A stretch of DNA of 64,000 nt, taken from the sequence record NZ_KX832927.1; one strand, 5' to 3'. The DNA is from a plasmid. Position 1 is the stretch's first letter, and each line of letters starts with the position of its first letter. The translations under genes and the position numbers were made by a program. Positions 42,314 through 51,500 of this stretch are shown here, one piece after another. A model generated the notes under the pieces. That model was not told the DNA's origin. It saw nothing but the letters and a program-made list of their open reading frames with translations, and ran no database searches.

Positions 42314-43166
42314 AGACTCTCAAAACTTTTTACATAATAAAAAATTGGTTCAAAAACTTGTTGAAGAGAGTAATCTCTCTAAAGAAGATACAGTATATGA
42401 AATAGGTCCCGGAAAAGGTATGATTACAGAACAATTATTGGCTAGATGTAAAAATGTTATAGCTATAGAATTGGATAACAAATTATATCAATTATTACAG
42501 GATAAATTTAAAAATCCTAAACTGACACTTATAAATGAAGACTTCATGTTAACGAATCTACCAGATGAAAAGTATAAAGTTTTTTCAAATATTCCATTTA
42601 ATATGACAGCAGAGATTTTAACAAAATTATTAACTGCACCTAATCCGCCACAGGATATGTATATTATTATGCAATATGAAGCGATGCTAAAATATGCGGG
42701 AGCTCCATATTATAAAGATAGTTTAAAGTCACTTATGTTTAAACCAATGTACGATATTAAAATGGTTCACGAATTTGACTCAGCCGATTTTACACCTAAA
42801 CCAAATGTTTCTATAGTAATGGTACATTTTCATAAAAAGAAATATTGCGATATAAAGAAAGCCACAATGTTAGAGTTTTGGGATTTTTTATCGTATGTGT
42901 ACGCTGCTCCTGGGAAATTTTTTAAAGAAAAAACCAAAAAAGTTTTTTCTTATGAACAACAAAAGCGTTTAAGAAAATCTATTAATCTAGACGAAGATGT
43001 TACTTTCTCCGAATGGACTTATTTGCAATGGGTTGAGATATTTAATACCTACAAACAGTTTGTATCTGATGATAAAAAAAAGTTTGTTATAGGCTCTTAT
43101 GCCAAATTGTTATTAGAACAATCTAAATTAAATAGAATGCACAGGAACAGACAACAAAAGTATTAA
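42297..43166 (+). CDS. erm(42): Erm-family 23S rRNA (adenine-N6) methyltransferase, consistent with erm(42)
   Basis: 289 aa with KsgA/Erm fold motifs (QNFLHNKKLVQKLV, EIGPGKGMITEQL, NIPFNMTAEI). The gene is strongly AT-rich against a GC-rich neighbourhood, and its RBS lies within the sul2 junction. Confidence 0.75.
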   Translation: MERNIKDSQNFLHNKKLVQKLVEESNLSKEDTVYEIGPGKGMITEQLLARCKNVIAIELDNKLYQLLQDKFKNPKLTLINEDFMLTNLPDEKYKVFSNIPFNMTAEILTKLLTAPNPPQDMYIIMQYEAMLKYAGAPYYKDSLKSLMFKPMYDIKMVHEFDSADFTPKPNVSIVMVHFHKKKYCDIKKATMLEFWDFLSYVYAAPGKFFKEKTKKVFSYEQQKRLRKSINLDEDVTFSEWTYLQWVEIFNTYKQFVSDDKKKFVIGSYAKLLLEQSKLNRMHRNRQQKY

Positions 43167-43216
43167 TAAATTTTTTAAAATCAGTTTATAAAATAGTAAA
43201 ATGTTATAGGAGCAGT

Positions 43217-43265
43217 ATGAAAAAGATAGTTTTCTTTTCAATTCCATTGTTTGGACATGTTAAAC
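43217..43265 (+). pseudogene. Remnant N-terminus of a macrolide glycosyltransferase-like gene (MKKIVFFSIPLFGHV)
   Basis: A low-GC ATG-initiated stretch resembles the GT1/MGT N-terminal motif (...S(I/A)P..GHV). The sequence switches to GC-rich ISCR2-associated DNA after about 43265. Confidence 0.3.
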
Positions 43266-43439
43266 GTATAGGAAGAATAAACGCCCTTTTCACCCAAGTC
43301 CAACAGCTTTGGACCGCAGTTGACTCTTTCGACACCCCTGCGATGCAACCCAATCCGGCTGACGGGGAGCCAGCAACGCTGAAAATTTACCCTCCTCTTT
43401 CCCACTAGCGGCTCCTTTTCCGACAACCAGCACGGCGGA

Positions 43440-45140
43440 TCCCTGCCGCGGCGCTGTGAACGCAGCATTTTGATTGGTATCGTTGGCCTTCAGGCTCGTC
43501 AGTCAAACAGACCCAGGAGCAGCTCAGCCGGTGGCGCCCGGCTTTCGGGTAACGCCCTGGTCCCGCTGGTTTCGGCTTTGTGCTTCAGGTGATCAAGGAT
43601 CTGCTTGATCACTATAGGGTCTTCAATGCAGGCGATGACTTTCATGGCGCCGCCGCAGCCGCTGCAGGTCTCGATGTCGATATTGAAAACACGCTTGAGC
43701 CGTTGCGCCCATGTCATCGACGCTCGCCGTTGTGCTGGTGTTGCCGGTTCATCAGCCACCCTGACCTTGTTGCCCCTGCCCCGTTTTGCCGGCGTGACCA
43801 ACGCCCGGTGCCGACTGTTGGGTGCGAACACCCCGTGGAAGCGGGTTAGGTTGACTCTGGGCTTCGGTACCAGGGCGGCCAGCCTTGCAATGAAATCCAA
43901 TGGTTCGAAAATGACGTGCGTGGTGCCGTCCCGGTACGGCGTCTTGAGCTGGTAGCGCACGTTGCCGCCTCGTGTTAACGACAGCCGCTTCTCGGATACC
44001 GCCGGGCGGCTGATGTACCGGCACAGCCGTTCGAGCTTCTTGCGTTCATCGGCCCTGGCCGCCACGCCGGCGTGCAGGCTGGACCCGGCTACCTTGCCAA
44101 TCCCGTCACCGAACGGATCACCACTGGTCGGCAGAGTTTGCAAAGTGAACACCTTTCGCCCCGCCTGTGAACCGACAGCGATACGGTAAGTGATCGAGTG
44201 CCCCAGCAGGGGTGTCATCGGGTCGTCATCCACCGCATCCGAGGCCAGATAGCTGTTTTCGACATCCCGTTCCAGCAGGCCTTGCCGTTCCAGATAGCGA
44301 CCCACCCGGTGGGCGATGGTGTGCGTCAGCTGGGTGAGCTCTGGGCTGGTCGGCGCCTTGACCCAGCGGAAACGCGCTGAGCCGTGGGATTGCTCGACAT
44401 ACACACCGTCGAGAAACAGCATGTGGAAGTGAACATTCAGATTGAGCGCCGATCCAAAACGCTGGATCAGGGTGACCGCGCCCGTCTTGGCCACTTGGTG
44501 GGTATGGCCCGCTTTCTTGACCAGGTGCGTGGCAATGACGCGGTAAACGATGCCCAGCACCCACCCCATGATCTCGGGCCGGCTGGCAAACAGGAAACGC
44601 AGCTGAAACGGGAAGCTCAACACCCACTGACGCATGGGTTGTTCAGGCAGTACTTCATCAACCAGCAAGGCGGCACTTTCGGCCATCCGCCGCGCCCCAC
44701 AGCTCGGGCAGAAACCGCGACGCTTACAGCTGAAAGCGACCAGGTGCTCGGCGTGGCAAGACTCGCAGCGAACCCGTAGAAAGCCATGCTCCAGCCGCCC
44801 GCATTGGAGAAATTCTTCAAATTCCCGTTGCACATAGCCCGGCAATTCCTTTCCCTGCTCTGCCATAAGCGCAGCGAATGCCGGGTAATACTCGTCAACG
44901 ATCTGATAGAGAAGGGTTTGCTCGGGTCGGTGGCTCTGGTAACGACCAGTATCCCGATCCCGGCTGGCCGTCCTGGCCGCCACATGAGGCATGTTCCGCG
45001 TCCTTGCAATACTGTGTTTACATACAGTCTATCGCTTAGCGGAAAGTTCTTTTACCCTCAGCCGAAATGCCTGCCGTTGCTAGACATTGCCAGCCAGTGC
45101 CCGTCACTCCCACTCGATTGTAAACAAGCACACAAAACCC
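43440..45140 (-). mobile_element. ISCR2 (IS91-like rolling-circle element). Boundaries are approximate.
   Basis: Contains the Rcr2 transposase gene. The flank at 45111-45200 is repeated at 41345-41440. Confidence 0.6.
43499..44992 (-). CDS. rcr2: ISCR2 transposase (IS91-family HUH rolling-circle transposase)
   Basis: 497 aa with an N-terminal zinc-binding Cys cluster (CESCHAEH...CKRRGFCPSCG) and the HUH motif region (NLNVHFHMLFLDGVY). Confidence 0.85.
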   Translation of the reverse strand: MPHVAARTASRDRDTGRYQSHRPEQTLLYQIVDEYYPAFAALMAEQGKELPGYVQREFEEFLQCGRLEHGFLRVRCESCHAEHLVAFSCKRRGFCPSCGARRMAESAALLVDEVLPEQPMRQWVLSFPFQLRFLFASRPEIMGWVLGIVYRVIATHLVKKAGHTHQVAKTGAVTLIQRFGSALNLNVHFHMLFLDGVYVEQSHGSARFRWVKAPTSPELTQLTHTIAHRVGRYLERQGLLERDVENSYLASDAVDDDPMTPLLGHSITYRIAVGSQAGRKVFTLQTLPTSGDPFGDGIGKVAGSSLHAGVAARADERKKLERLCRYISRPAVSEKRLSLTRGGNVRYQLKTPYRDGTTHVIFEPLDFIARLAALVPKPRVNLTRFHGVFAPNSRHRALVTPAKRGRGNKVRVADEPATPAQRRASMTWAQRLKRVFNIDIETCSGCGGAMKVIACIEDPIVIKQILDHLKHKAETSGTRALPESRAPPAELLLGLFD

Positions 45141-45202
45141 TTTAGTGACAACAATTTGCAAGAACTATCAGGCTCAGTGCCATGAAAAATACCATGACCA
45201 GA

Positions 45203-45427
45203 TCATGAGGTTGAACACGGCTTGCGCCGGCAGCGTTCACGCTCCTGGTCGGCGATCTCGCCCGGCTGCAATGCTAGCTCAGCATCGGTCATGCGCTCCA
45301 GCACGTCGCGTAGGCGGATGGTGCAAGGAATGGGCGGCAGCTCGAACTCATAGCCGCCGGCGATCATTTCGGCCGCAATCTCCTCGGTGATGAAAAACGG
45401 CTCGTCGTCTTGGTTCGGCTTCTTCAT
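45203..45427 (-). CDS. Small hypothetical protein
   Basis: 74-aa ORF overlapping the stop of the recombinase gene. Confidence 0.3.
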   Translation of the reverse strand: MKKPNQDDEPFFITEEIAAEMIAGGYEFELPPIPCTIRLRDVLERMTDAELALQPGEIADQERERCRRKPCSTS

Positions 45428-46161
45428 GCCCTTTCCTCCTGGCGCTCATCCTGGCCGACAGCGGCCAGGGCATCGGCTTCCGTCAATGCGTCCTCCACGA
45501 ACGCGCCGTGCTGCTTCGCTTCGGCCTGGCTGACCTCGGCCCATATCCGTTTCACCTGGGCCGCACTGTACCCGGCCAGCTCGGCGGTCTTGTTGATGCT
45601 GTAGCCGGACTTGCGCAGCGCGACAACTTGGGCGCGGCGCTTCGGATCAGCACGGCGGCCCTTGTACCGCCCGGCCTGGCGGGCCAACTCAATGCCTTGG
45701 CGCTGGCGTTCGCGCCTGTCCTCGTAGTCGTCGCGGGCCATCTGCAAGGCCAGGCGAAAAAGCATGATCTGCACGGCTTCCAGCACGATCTTGGCGACGC
45801 CCTGGGCCTCGGCCGCCAGGTCGGATAGATCGACCACGCCAGGGACGGCCAGGCTTGCGCCTTTGGCCTGTATCGAGGCCACCAGGCGCTCGGCCTCGGG
45901 CAAAGGTAGGCGGCTGATGCGGTCGATCTTCTCGGCAATGACCACCTCGCCGGGCTGTAGGTCGCCGATCATGCGCAGCAGCTCAGGCCGGTCGGCGCGT
46001 GCGCCGGATGCCTTCTCACGGTAGATGCCGGCGACGTAGTAGCCGGCGGCCTTCGCGGCCGTAGTGATCGCCTCTTGGCGTTCCAAGTCCTGCGCGTCGG
46101 TGCTGACGCGCAGATAGACCCGCGCCACCATCGGCGCGGCTACTGGCTTCGTCCTGCGCAT
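45424..46161 (-). CDS. Serine recombinase (resolvase/invertase family)
   Basis: 245 aa with the N-terminal catalytic motif VYLRVSTDAQDLERQ and a C-terminal HTH (SINKTAELAGYSAAQVKRI). It lies just outside the integron IRt. Confidence 0.55.
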   Translation of the reverse strand: MRRTKPVAAPMVARVYLRVSTDAQDLERQEAITTAAKAAGYYVAGIYREKASGARADRPELLRMIGDLQPGEVVIAEKIDRISRLPLPEAERLVASIQAKGASLAVPGVVDLSDLAAEAQGVAKIVLEAVQIMLFRLALQMARDDYEDRRERQRQGIELARQAGRYKGRRADPKRRAQVVALRKSGYSINKTAELAGYSAAQVKRIWAEVSQAEAKQHGAFVEDALTEADALAAVGQDERQEERA

Positions 46162-46195
46162 ACTTGCGGGCTCCTTTGGGCATACTCAAATGCAC

Positions 46196-46353
46196 CCATC
46201 TTAAATGTCATTTTCAGAAGACGACTGCACCAGTTGATTGGGCGTAATGGCTGTTGTGCAGCCAGCTCCTGACAGTTCAATATCAGAAGTGATCTGCACC
46301 AATCTCGACTATGCTCAATACTCGTGTGCACCAAAGCGAGGTGAGCATGGCGA
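46196..46353. repeat. IRt-end copy (longer 152-bp-type copy including the 25-bp IRt TGTCATTTTCAGAAGACGACTGCAC), outer end at about 46208
   Basis: Reverse complement of 47560-47688, plus an extra 29 bp (caccaaagcgaggtgagcatggcgacgga) abutting the IS6100 IR. Confidence 0.6.
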
Positions 46354-46678
46354 CGGAGGCTCTGTTGCAAAGATTGGCGGCAGTCAGAGGTAGGCTGTCG
46401 CTCTGCGCCGATCAGGCGGCTGCTGCGAAATGGTGGTTGAGCATGCCCATGGCCTCCGTCAGCGCCGAGGGCCCAATGCCAAAAGCTCTCTCCACAAGGC
46501 GCACCTCGCCCCTGATGCCGGGCTGCAGGCACCAGGGGCGAGCCTGTCCTTTGCGCAGGGCTCGCATGACTTCGAATCCCTTGATCGTGGCATAGGCCGT
46601 GGGGATCGATTTGAAACCGCGCACCGGCTTGATCAGTATCTTGAGCTTTCCGTGATCGGCCTCGATCACGTTATTGAG
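46354..46678 (-). mobile_element. Partial IS6100 copy (first about 325 bp from the IR), in tandem and in direct orientation with the complete IS6100
   Basis: 46354-46677 is identical to 46679-47002. Both begin with the IS6100 IR GGCTCTGTTGCAAA. Confidence 0.65.
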
Positions 46679-47559
46679 GGCTCTGTTGCAAAGATTGGCG
46701 GCAGTCAGAGGTAGGCTGTCGCTCTGCGCCGATCAGGCGGCTGCTGCGAAATGGTGGTTGAGCATGCCCATGGCCTCCGTCAGCGCCGAGGGCCCAATGC
46801 CAAAAGCTCTCTCCACAAGGCGCACCTCGCCCCTGATGCCGGGCTGCAGGCACCAGGGGCGAGCCTGTCCTTTGCGCAGGGCTCGCATGACTTCGAATCC
46901 CTTGATCGTGGCATAGGCCGTGGGGATCGATTTGAAACCGCGCACCGGCTTGATCAGTATCTTGAGCTTTCCGTGATCGGCCTCGATCACGTTATTGAGA
47001 TACTTCACCTGCCGGTGGGCCGTCTCCCGGTCCAGCTTTCCTTCGCGCTTCAATTCGGTGATCGCTGCACCATAGCTCGGCGCTTTGTCGGTATTGAGCG
47101 TGGCAGGCTTTTCCCAGTGCTTCAGGCCTCGCAGGGCCTTGCCCAGGAACCGCTTCGCTGCCTTGGCGCTGCGGGTCGGCGACAGGTAGAAATCGATCGT
47201 GTCGCCCCGCTTGTCGACTGCCCGGTACAGGTAGGTCCACTTGCCCCGCACCTTGACGTAGGTTTCATCCAGGCGCCAGCTCGGATCAAAGCCACGCCGC
47301 CAGAACCAGCGCAGCCGCTTCTCCATCTCCGGGGCGTAGCACTGGACCCAGCGATAGATCGTCGTATGGTCGACCGAAATGCCGCGTTCCGCCAGCATTT
47401 CCTCAAGGTCGCGATAGCTGATCGGATAGCGACAATACCAGCGCACCGCCCACAGGATCACATCACCCTGGAAATGGCGCCACTTGAAATCCGTCATCGT
47501 TCCGTCCGTCCAATCTCCGCCAAGCATGCTCAAGCTTCACGATTTTTGCAACAGAGCCC
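46679..47559 (-). mobile_element. IS6100 (IS6 family)
   Basis: 881 bp bounded by the 14-bp IRs GGCTCTGTTGCAAA and TTTGCAACAGAGCC. Confidence 0.85.
46733..47497 (-). CDS. tnpA: IS6100 transposase
   Basis: MTDFKWRHFQGDVILWAVRWYCRYPISYRDLEEMLAERGISVDHTTIYRWVQ..., a 254-aa IS6-family DDE transposase. The ORF-track start at 47533 is upstream of the likely ATG. Confidence 0.85.
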   Translation of the reverse strand: MTDFKWRHFQGDVILWAVRWYCRYPISYRDLEEMLAERGISVDHTTIYRWVQCYAPEMEKRLRWFWRRGFDPSWRLDETYVKVRGKWTYLYRAVDKRGDTIDFYLSPTRSAKAAKRFLGKALRGLKHWEKPATLNTDKAPSYGAAITELKREGKLDRETAHRQVKYLNNVIEADHGKLKILIKPVRGFKSIPTAYATIKGFEVMRALRKGQARPWCLQPGIRGEVRLVERAFGIGPSALTEAMGMLNHHFAAAA

Positions 47560-47688
47560 ACACGAGTATTGAGCATAGTCGAGATTGGTGCAGATCACTT
47601 CTGATATTGAACTGTCAGGAGCTGGCTGCACAACAGCCATTACGCCCAATCAACTGGTGCAGTCGTCTTCTGAAAATGACATTTGGTA
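47560..47688. repeat. IRt-end copy (shorter 123-bp-type), inverted relative to 46196-46353
   Basis: Reverse complement of 46208-46330. It ends with gtgcagtcgtcttctgaaaatgaca. Confidence 0.6.
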
Positions 47689-48003
47689 TCTCTCATAAAC
47701 GGATGTTTTTGAGAGAACTATCTTCGGCCTTCACACGCACGAAAGGCGGCGAAGCTCCGCCGTTAATCCGTCCGCCGGAGATCTCGCCCAGGCAGGCTGA
47801 AGGCCGAGCAAGCCTGACAGGCCCGAAAAGCCCGGCACGGGCGTCGGCGGCGATGACGGCGGCGGCATTATCCAGGGTTGATGATGGAAGTGGAGGATAT
47901 CGACAACCTCTCGCGCAACCAAGACATCGCGGTCGGACTGCAAGTGATCTTGAAGCCACGGGCCCGTCCCACCCCGACATGGACCTCGATGCCCGAACGG
48001 ACG

Positions 48004-48504
48004 TTAGATTTCGAGTTCTAGGCGTTCTGCGATGAAGGTTGGATCCCAGCCGGGATTGAAAGTGTCGACGTGGGTGAATCCGAGCCGCTCGTATAGGCCA
48101 CGCAGGTTCGGGTGGCAGTCGAGCCGCAGCTTGGCGCACCCCTGCGTTCGCGCGGCATGGCGGCAAGCCTCGATCAGCGCGGAGCTGACACCCCGGCCCG
48201 CATGTGTCCGTCGCACCGCGAGCTTGTGCAGATATGCGGCCTCCCCCTTGAGGGCGTCGGGCCAGAACTCGGGATCCTCGGCCGACAAGGTGCAACAGCC
48301 GACGATGCCGTCGCTGCAACTCGCGACTAGGAGCTCGGATCTCAGGACGAAGGTCTCCGCGAATGTCCGGTCGATCCGCGCGACGTCCCAGGCGGGCGTT
48401 CCCTTGGCGGACATCCACGCCGCAGCGTCGTGCATCAGCCGCACAACCTCGTCGATATCACCCGAGCAGGCGACCCGAACGTTCGGAGGCTCCTCGCTGT
48501 CCAT
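48004..48504 (-). CDS. orf5: orf5 of the 3'-conserved segment (GNAT acetyltransferase-like)
   Basis: 166-aa GNAT-fold ORF immediately 3' of sul1. Confidence 0.7.
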   Translation of the reverse strand: MDSEEPPNVRVACSGDIDEVVRLMHDAAAWMSAKGTPAWDVARIDRTFAETFVLRSELLVASCSDGIVGCCTLSAEDPEFWPDALKGEAAYLHKLAVRRTHAGRGVSSALIEACRHAARTQGCAKLRLDCHPNLRGLYERLGFTHVDTFNPGWDPTFIAERLELEI

Positions 48505-48631
48505 TCGCTCCCCTGGCGCGGTATGAACCGCCGCCTCATAGTGCAGTTTGATCCTGACGAGCCCAGCATGTCTGCGCCCACCTTCGCGGAACCTGACCAG
48601 GGTCCGCTAGCGGGCGGCCGGAAGGTGAATG

Positions 48632-49471
48632 CTAGGCATGATCTAACCCTCGGTCTCTGGCGTCGCGACTGCGAAATTTCGCGAGGGTTTCCGAGAAGGT
48701 GATTGCGCTTCGCAGATCTCCAGGCGCGTGGGTGCGGACGTAGTCAGCGCCATTGCCGATCGCGTGAAGTTCCGCCGCAAGGCTCGCTGGACCCAGATCC
48801 TTTACAGGAAGGCCAACGGTGGCGCCCAAGAAGGATTTCCGCGACACCGAGACCAATAGCGGAAGCCCCAACGCCGACTTCAGCTTTTGAAGGTTCGACA
48901 GCACGTGCAGCGATGTTTCCGGTGCGGGGCTCAAGAAAAATCCCATCCCCGGATCGAGGATGAGCCGGTCGGCAGCGACCCCGCTCCGTCGCAAGGCGGA
49001 AACCCGCGCCTCGAAGAACCGCACAATCTCGTCGAGCGCGTCTTCGGGTCGAAGGTGACCGGTGCGGGTGGCGATGCCATCCCGCTGCGCTGAGTGCATA
49101 ACCACCAGCCTGCAGTCCGCCTCAGCAATATCGGGATAGAGCGCAGGGTCAGGAAATCCTTGGATATCGTTCAGGTAGCCCACGCCGCGCTTGAGCGCAT
49201 AGCGCTGGGTTTCCGGTTGGAAGCTGTCGATTGAAACACGGTGCATCTGATCGGACAGGGCGTCTAAGAGCGGCGCAATACGTCTGATCTCATCGGCCGG
49301 CGATACAGGCCTCGCGTCCGGATGGCTGGCGGCCGGTCCGACATCCACGACGTCTGATCCGACTCGCAGCATTTCGATCGCCGCGGTGACAGCGCCGGCG
49401 GGGTCTAGCCGCCGGCTCTCATCGAAGAAGGAGTCCTCGGTGAGATTCAGAATGCCGAACACCGTCACCAT
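48632..49471 (-). CDS. sul1: Sulfonamide-resistant dihydropteroate synthase Sul1
   Basis: [55 protein letters not shown]... It overlaps the qacEdelta1 3' end as in the 3'-CS. The 308-aa ORF-track version has an extended false start. Confidence 0.9.
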   Translation of the reverse strand: MVTVFGILNLTEDSFFDESRRLDPAGAVTAAIEMLRVGSDVVDVGPAASHPDARPVSPADEIRRIAPLLDALSDQMHRVSIDSFQPETQRYALKRGVGYLNDIQGFPDPALYPDIAEADCRLVVMHSAQRDGIATRTGHLRPEDALDEIVRFFEARVSALRRSGVAADRLILDPGMGFFLSPAPETSLHVLSNLQKLKSALGLPLLVSVSRKSFLGATVGLPVKDLGPASLAAELHAIGNGADYVRTHAPGDLRSAITFSETLAKFRSRDARDRGLDHA

Positions 49472-49812
49472 GGCGTCGGCCTCCGCAGCGACTTCCACGA
49501 TGGGGATCGGGCGAGCAAAAAGGCAGCAATTATGAGCCCCATACCTACAAAGCCCCACGCATCAAGCTTTTGCCCATGAAGCAACCAGGCAATGGCTGTA
49601 ATTATGACGACGCCGAGTCCCGACCAGACTGCATAAGCAACACCGACAGGGATGGATTTCAGAACCAGAGAAAGAAAATAAAATGCGATGCCATAACCGA
49701 TTATGACAACGGCGGAAGGGGCAAGCTTAGTAAAGCCCTCGCTAGATTTTAATGCGGATGTTGCGATTACTTCGCCAACTATTGCGATAACAAGAAAAAG
49801 CCAGCCTTTCAT
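49465..49812 (-). CDS. qacEdelta1: QacEdelta1 (truncated SMR efflux protein)
   Basis: [30 protein letters not shown]..., 115 aa. Confidence 0.9.
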   Translation of the reverse strand: MKGWLFLVIAIVGEVIATSALKSSEGFTKLAPSAVVIIGYGIAFYFLSLVLKSIPVGVAYAVWSGLGVVIITAIAWLLHGQKLDAWGFVGMGLIIAAFLLARSPSWKSLRRPTPW

Positions 49813-49928
49813 GATATATCTCCCAATTTGTGTAGGGCTTATTATGCACGCTTAAAAATAATAAAAGCAGACTTGACCTGATAGTTTGGCTGTGAGCAAT
49901 TATGTGCTTAGTGCATCTAACGCCTGAA

Positions 49929-50774
49929 TTAAGCCGCGCCGCGAAGCGGCGTCGGCTTGAATGAATTGTTAGACATCATTGGCGTGGCACCAAGCAGTTT
50001 AGTGGCTTCATGCTTCACGAAGTGAACAAACGCCTCTAACTGATCCGTGAGCGAAGCCAAGCAATCTTCTCCTTGTCCAAGATAAGCCTGCCGGGCTTCA
50101 AGCAGCACGGGCTGATGTTGAACTGGCAAACGCTCCATTACCCAGTTGGCGGCAACATCCTTCGGCGCGATCTTGCCGGTTGCTGCGCTGTACCAAATAC
50201 GAGACAAAGTAAGCACTACATTCCGCTCGTCACCTATCCAATCCGGCTGTGAGTTCCATAGTTTCAGGGTGTCGGCCAGTGCCTTGAATAGATCGCTTTC
50301 CGGGACTGGGTTGAAGAAATCTTCCGCAGCCGAACCGGCCAAGGCAAGGCTATGTTGCCTTGCTTTTGTTAGCAGAATGGCTAGATCAACATCGGTTGTC
50401 GCAGGCTCGAAGATGCCCGCAAGAATGTCTTTGCGCTGCCACTCCCCGAATTGCAGTTCCCGTCTGGCCGGATAGCGCCAAGGAACGATGTCACTGTGCA
50501 CGACAATGGTAACTTCCAAGGCGCGGAGAACTCTGCTTTGACCAGGGAAAACGGAAACCCCCAAGAGATCGACGAACAGAGCTTGCCGCACACTCTCATC
50601 GAGCCGTGCGGTCACAGTAACCAGCAAATCAATATCACTGTATGGCTTCAGGCCACCGTCGAGTGCAGAGCCATACAAATGCATGGCCAGCAACGTCGAT
50701 CCCAGATGATGCTCGATGACGTTGAGTGCCTGTGATAACTGTACCGAAATCTCGGCGGGCACTGTGTTTATCAT
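49929..50774 (-). CDS. aadA: Aminoglycoside (3'') adenylyltransferase cassette, an aadA-family variant (not aadA1/aadA2)
   Basis: Conserved ANT(3'') core (LHLYGSALDGGLKPYSDIDLLVTV...VVHSDIVPWRYPARRELQFGEWQR...NVVLTLSRIWYSAATGKIAPKDVAA). The start is set at MINTVPAEI. The C-terminal extension reads through the attC region. Confidence 0.75.
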   Translation of the reverse strand: MINTVPAEISVQLSQALNVIEHHLGSTLLAMHLYGSALDGGLKPYSDIDLLVTVTARLDESVRQALFVDLLGVSVFPGQSRVLRALEVTIVVHSDIVPWRYPARRELQFGEWQRKDILAGIFEPATTDVDLAILLTKARQHSLALAGSAAEDFFNPVPESDLFKALADTLKLWNSQPDWIGDERNVVLTLSRIWYSAATGKIAPKDVAANWVMERLPVQHQPVLLEARQAYLGQGEDCLASLTDQLEAFVHFVKHEATKLLGATPMMSNNSFKPTPLRGAA

Positions 50775-50866
50775 GATGTCTAACGCCTGGCACAGCGGAT
50801 CGCAAACCTGGCGCGGCTTTTGGTACAAAAGGCGTGACAGGTTTGCGAATCCGTTGCTGCCACTTG

Positions 50867-51340
50867 TTAACCCTTTTGCCAGATTTGGTAACTATAATTT
50901 ATGTTAGAGGCGAAGTCTTGGGTAAAAACTGGCCTAAAATTGCTGGGGATTTCAGGAAAGTAAACATCACCTTCCGGCTCGATGTCTATTGTAGATATAT
51001 GTAGTGTATCTACTTGATCGATCAGGCTTTTGTATATCTCCCCACCACCTGAAACAATGACATGATCCGTTATTTTCTTTAGGTTGGTTAAAGCATCTTT
51101 AATTGATGGAAAGATCACTACGTTCTCATTGTCAGATGTAAAACTTGAACGTGTTACGACCGCATACTTTCGGTTGGGTAATGCTCCCATTGATTCAAAA
51201 GTCTTGCGTCCAACCAACAGCCATTGGTTATAGGTAATAGCTTTAAACAGGAGCTGTTCACCTTTGGCACTCCATGGAATATCAGGGCCATTCCCGATAA
51301 CTCCATTCTTCGATATAGCTACCATTAGTGATAGTTTCAC
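50867..51340 (-). CDS. dfrA1: Trimethoprim-resistant dihydrofolate reductase DfrA1 cassette
   Basis: [67 protein letters not shown]...QIWQKG, 157 aa. Confidence 0.9.
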   Translation of the reverse strand: MKLSLMVAISKNGVIGNGPDIPWSAKGEQLLFKAITYNQWLLVGRKTFESMGALPNRKYAVVTRSSFTSDNENVVIFPSIKDALTNLKKITDHVIVSGGGEIYKSLIDQVDTLHISTIDIEPEGDVYFPEIPSNFRPVFTQDFASNINYSYQIWQKG

Positions 51341-51500
51341 AATTCTTCCTCAGAGGTTAACTTTGTTTTAGGGCGACTGCCCTGCTGCGTAACATCGTTG
51401 CTGCTCCATAACATCAAACATCGACCCACGGCGTAACGCGCTTGCTGCTTGGATGCCCGAGGCATAGACTGTACCCCAAAAAAACAGTCATAACAAGCCC
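51341..51500. promoter_or_regulatory. attI1 recombination site and Pc/Pint promoter region between dfrA1 and intI1
   Basis: Lies between the divergent first cassette and intI1. Contains the typical 5'-CS sequence (gttaacc...ctaaaacaaagtt on the minus strand). Confidence 0.6.

Noticed and set aside
43217-43408. 63-aa ORF after erm treated as a real gene
   Set aside because: Only the first roughly 16 codons are low-GC and GT-like. The rest reads through GC-rich ISCR2-flanking DNA. I treat it as a remnant, not an intact gene.
47693-48526. Long GC-rich ORFs across orf5 and the orf6 region (47693..48418, 241 aa; 48032..48526, 164 aa)
   Set aside because: Antisense or alternative-frame ORFs of the well-known 3'-CS. 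High GC content generates long spurious ORFs.
48632-49558. 308-aa version of sul1 and 417-aa version of tetA from the ORF track
   Set aside because: Both have upstream in-frame ATGs. The known proteins start at [10 protein letters not shown] (sul1) and MNSSTKIAL (tetA). The extended tetA start would run through the tetO operators.
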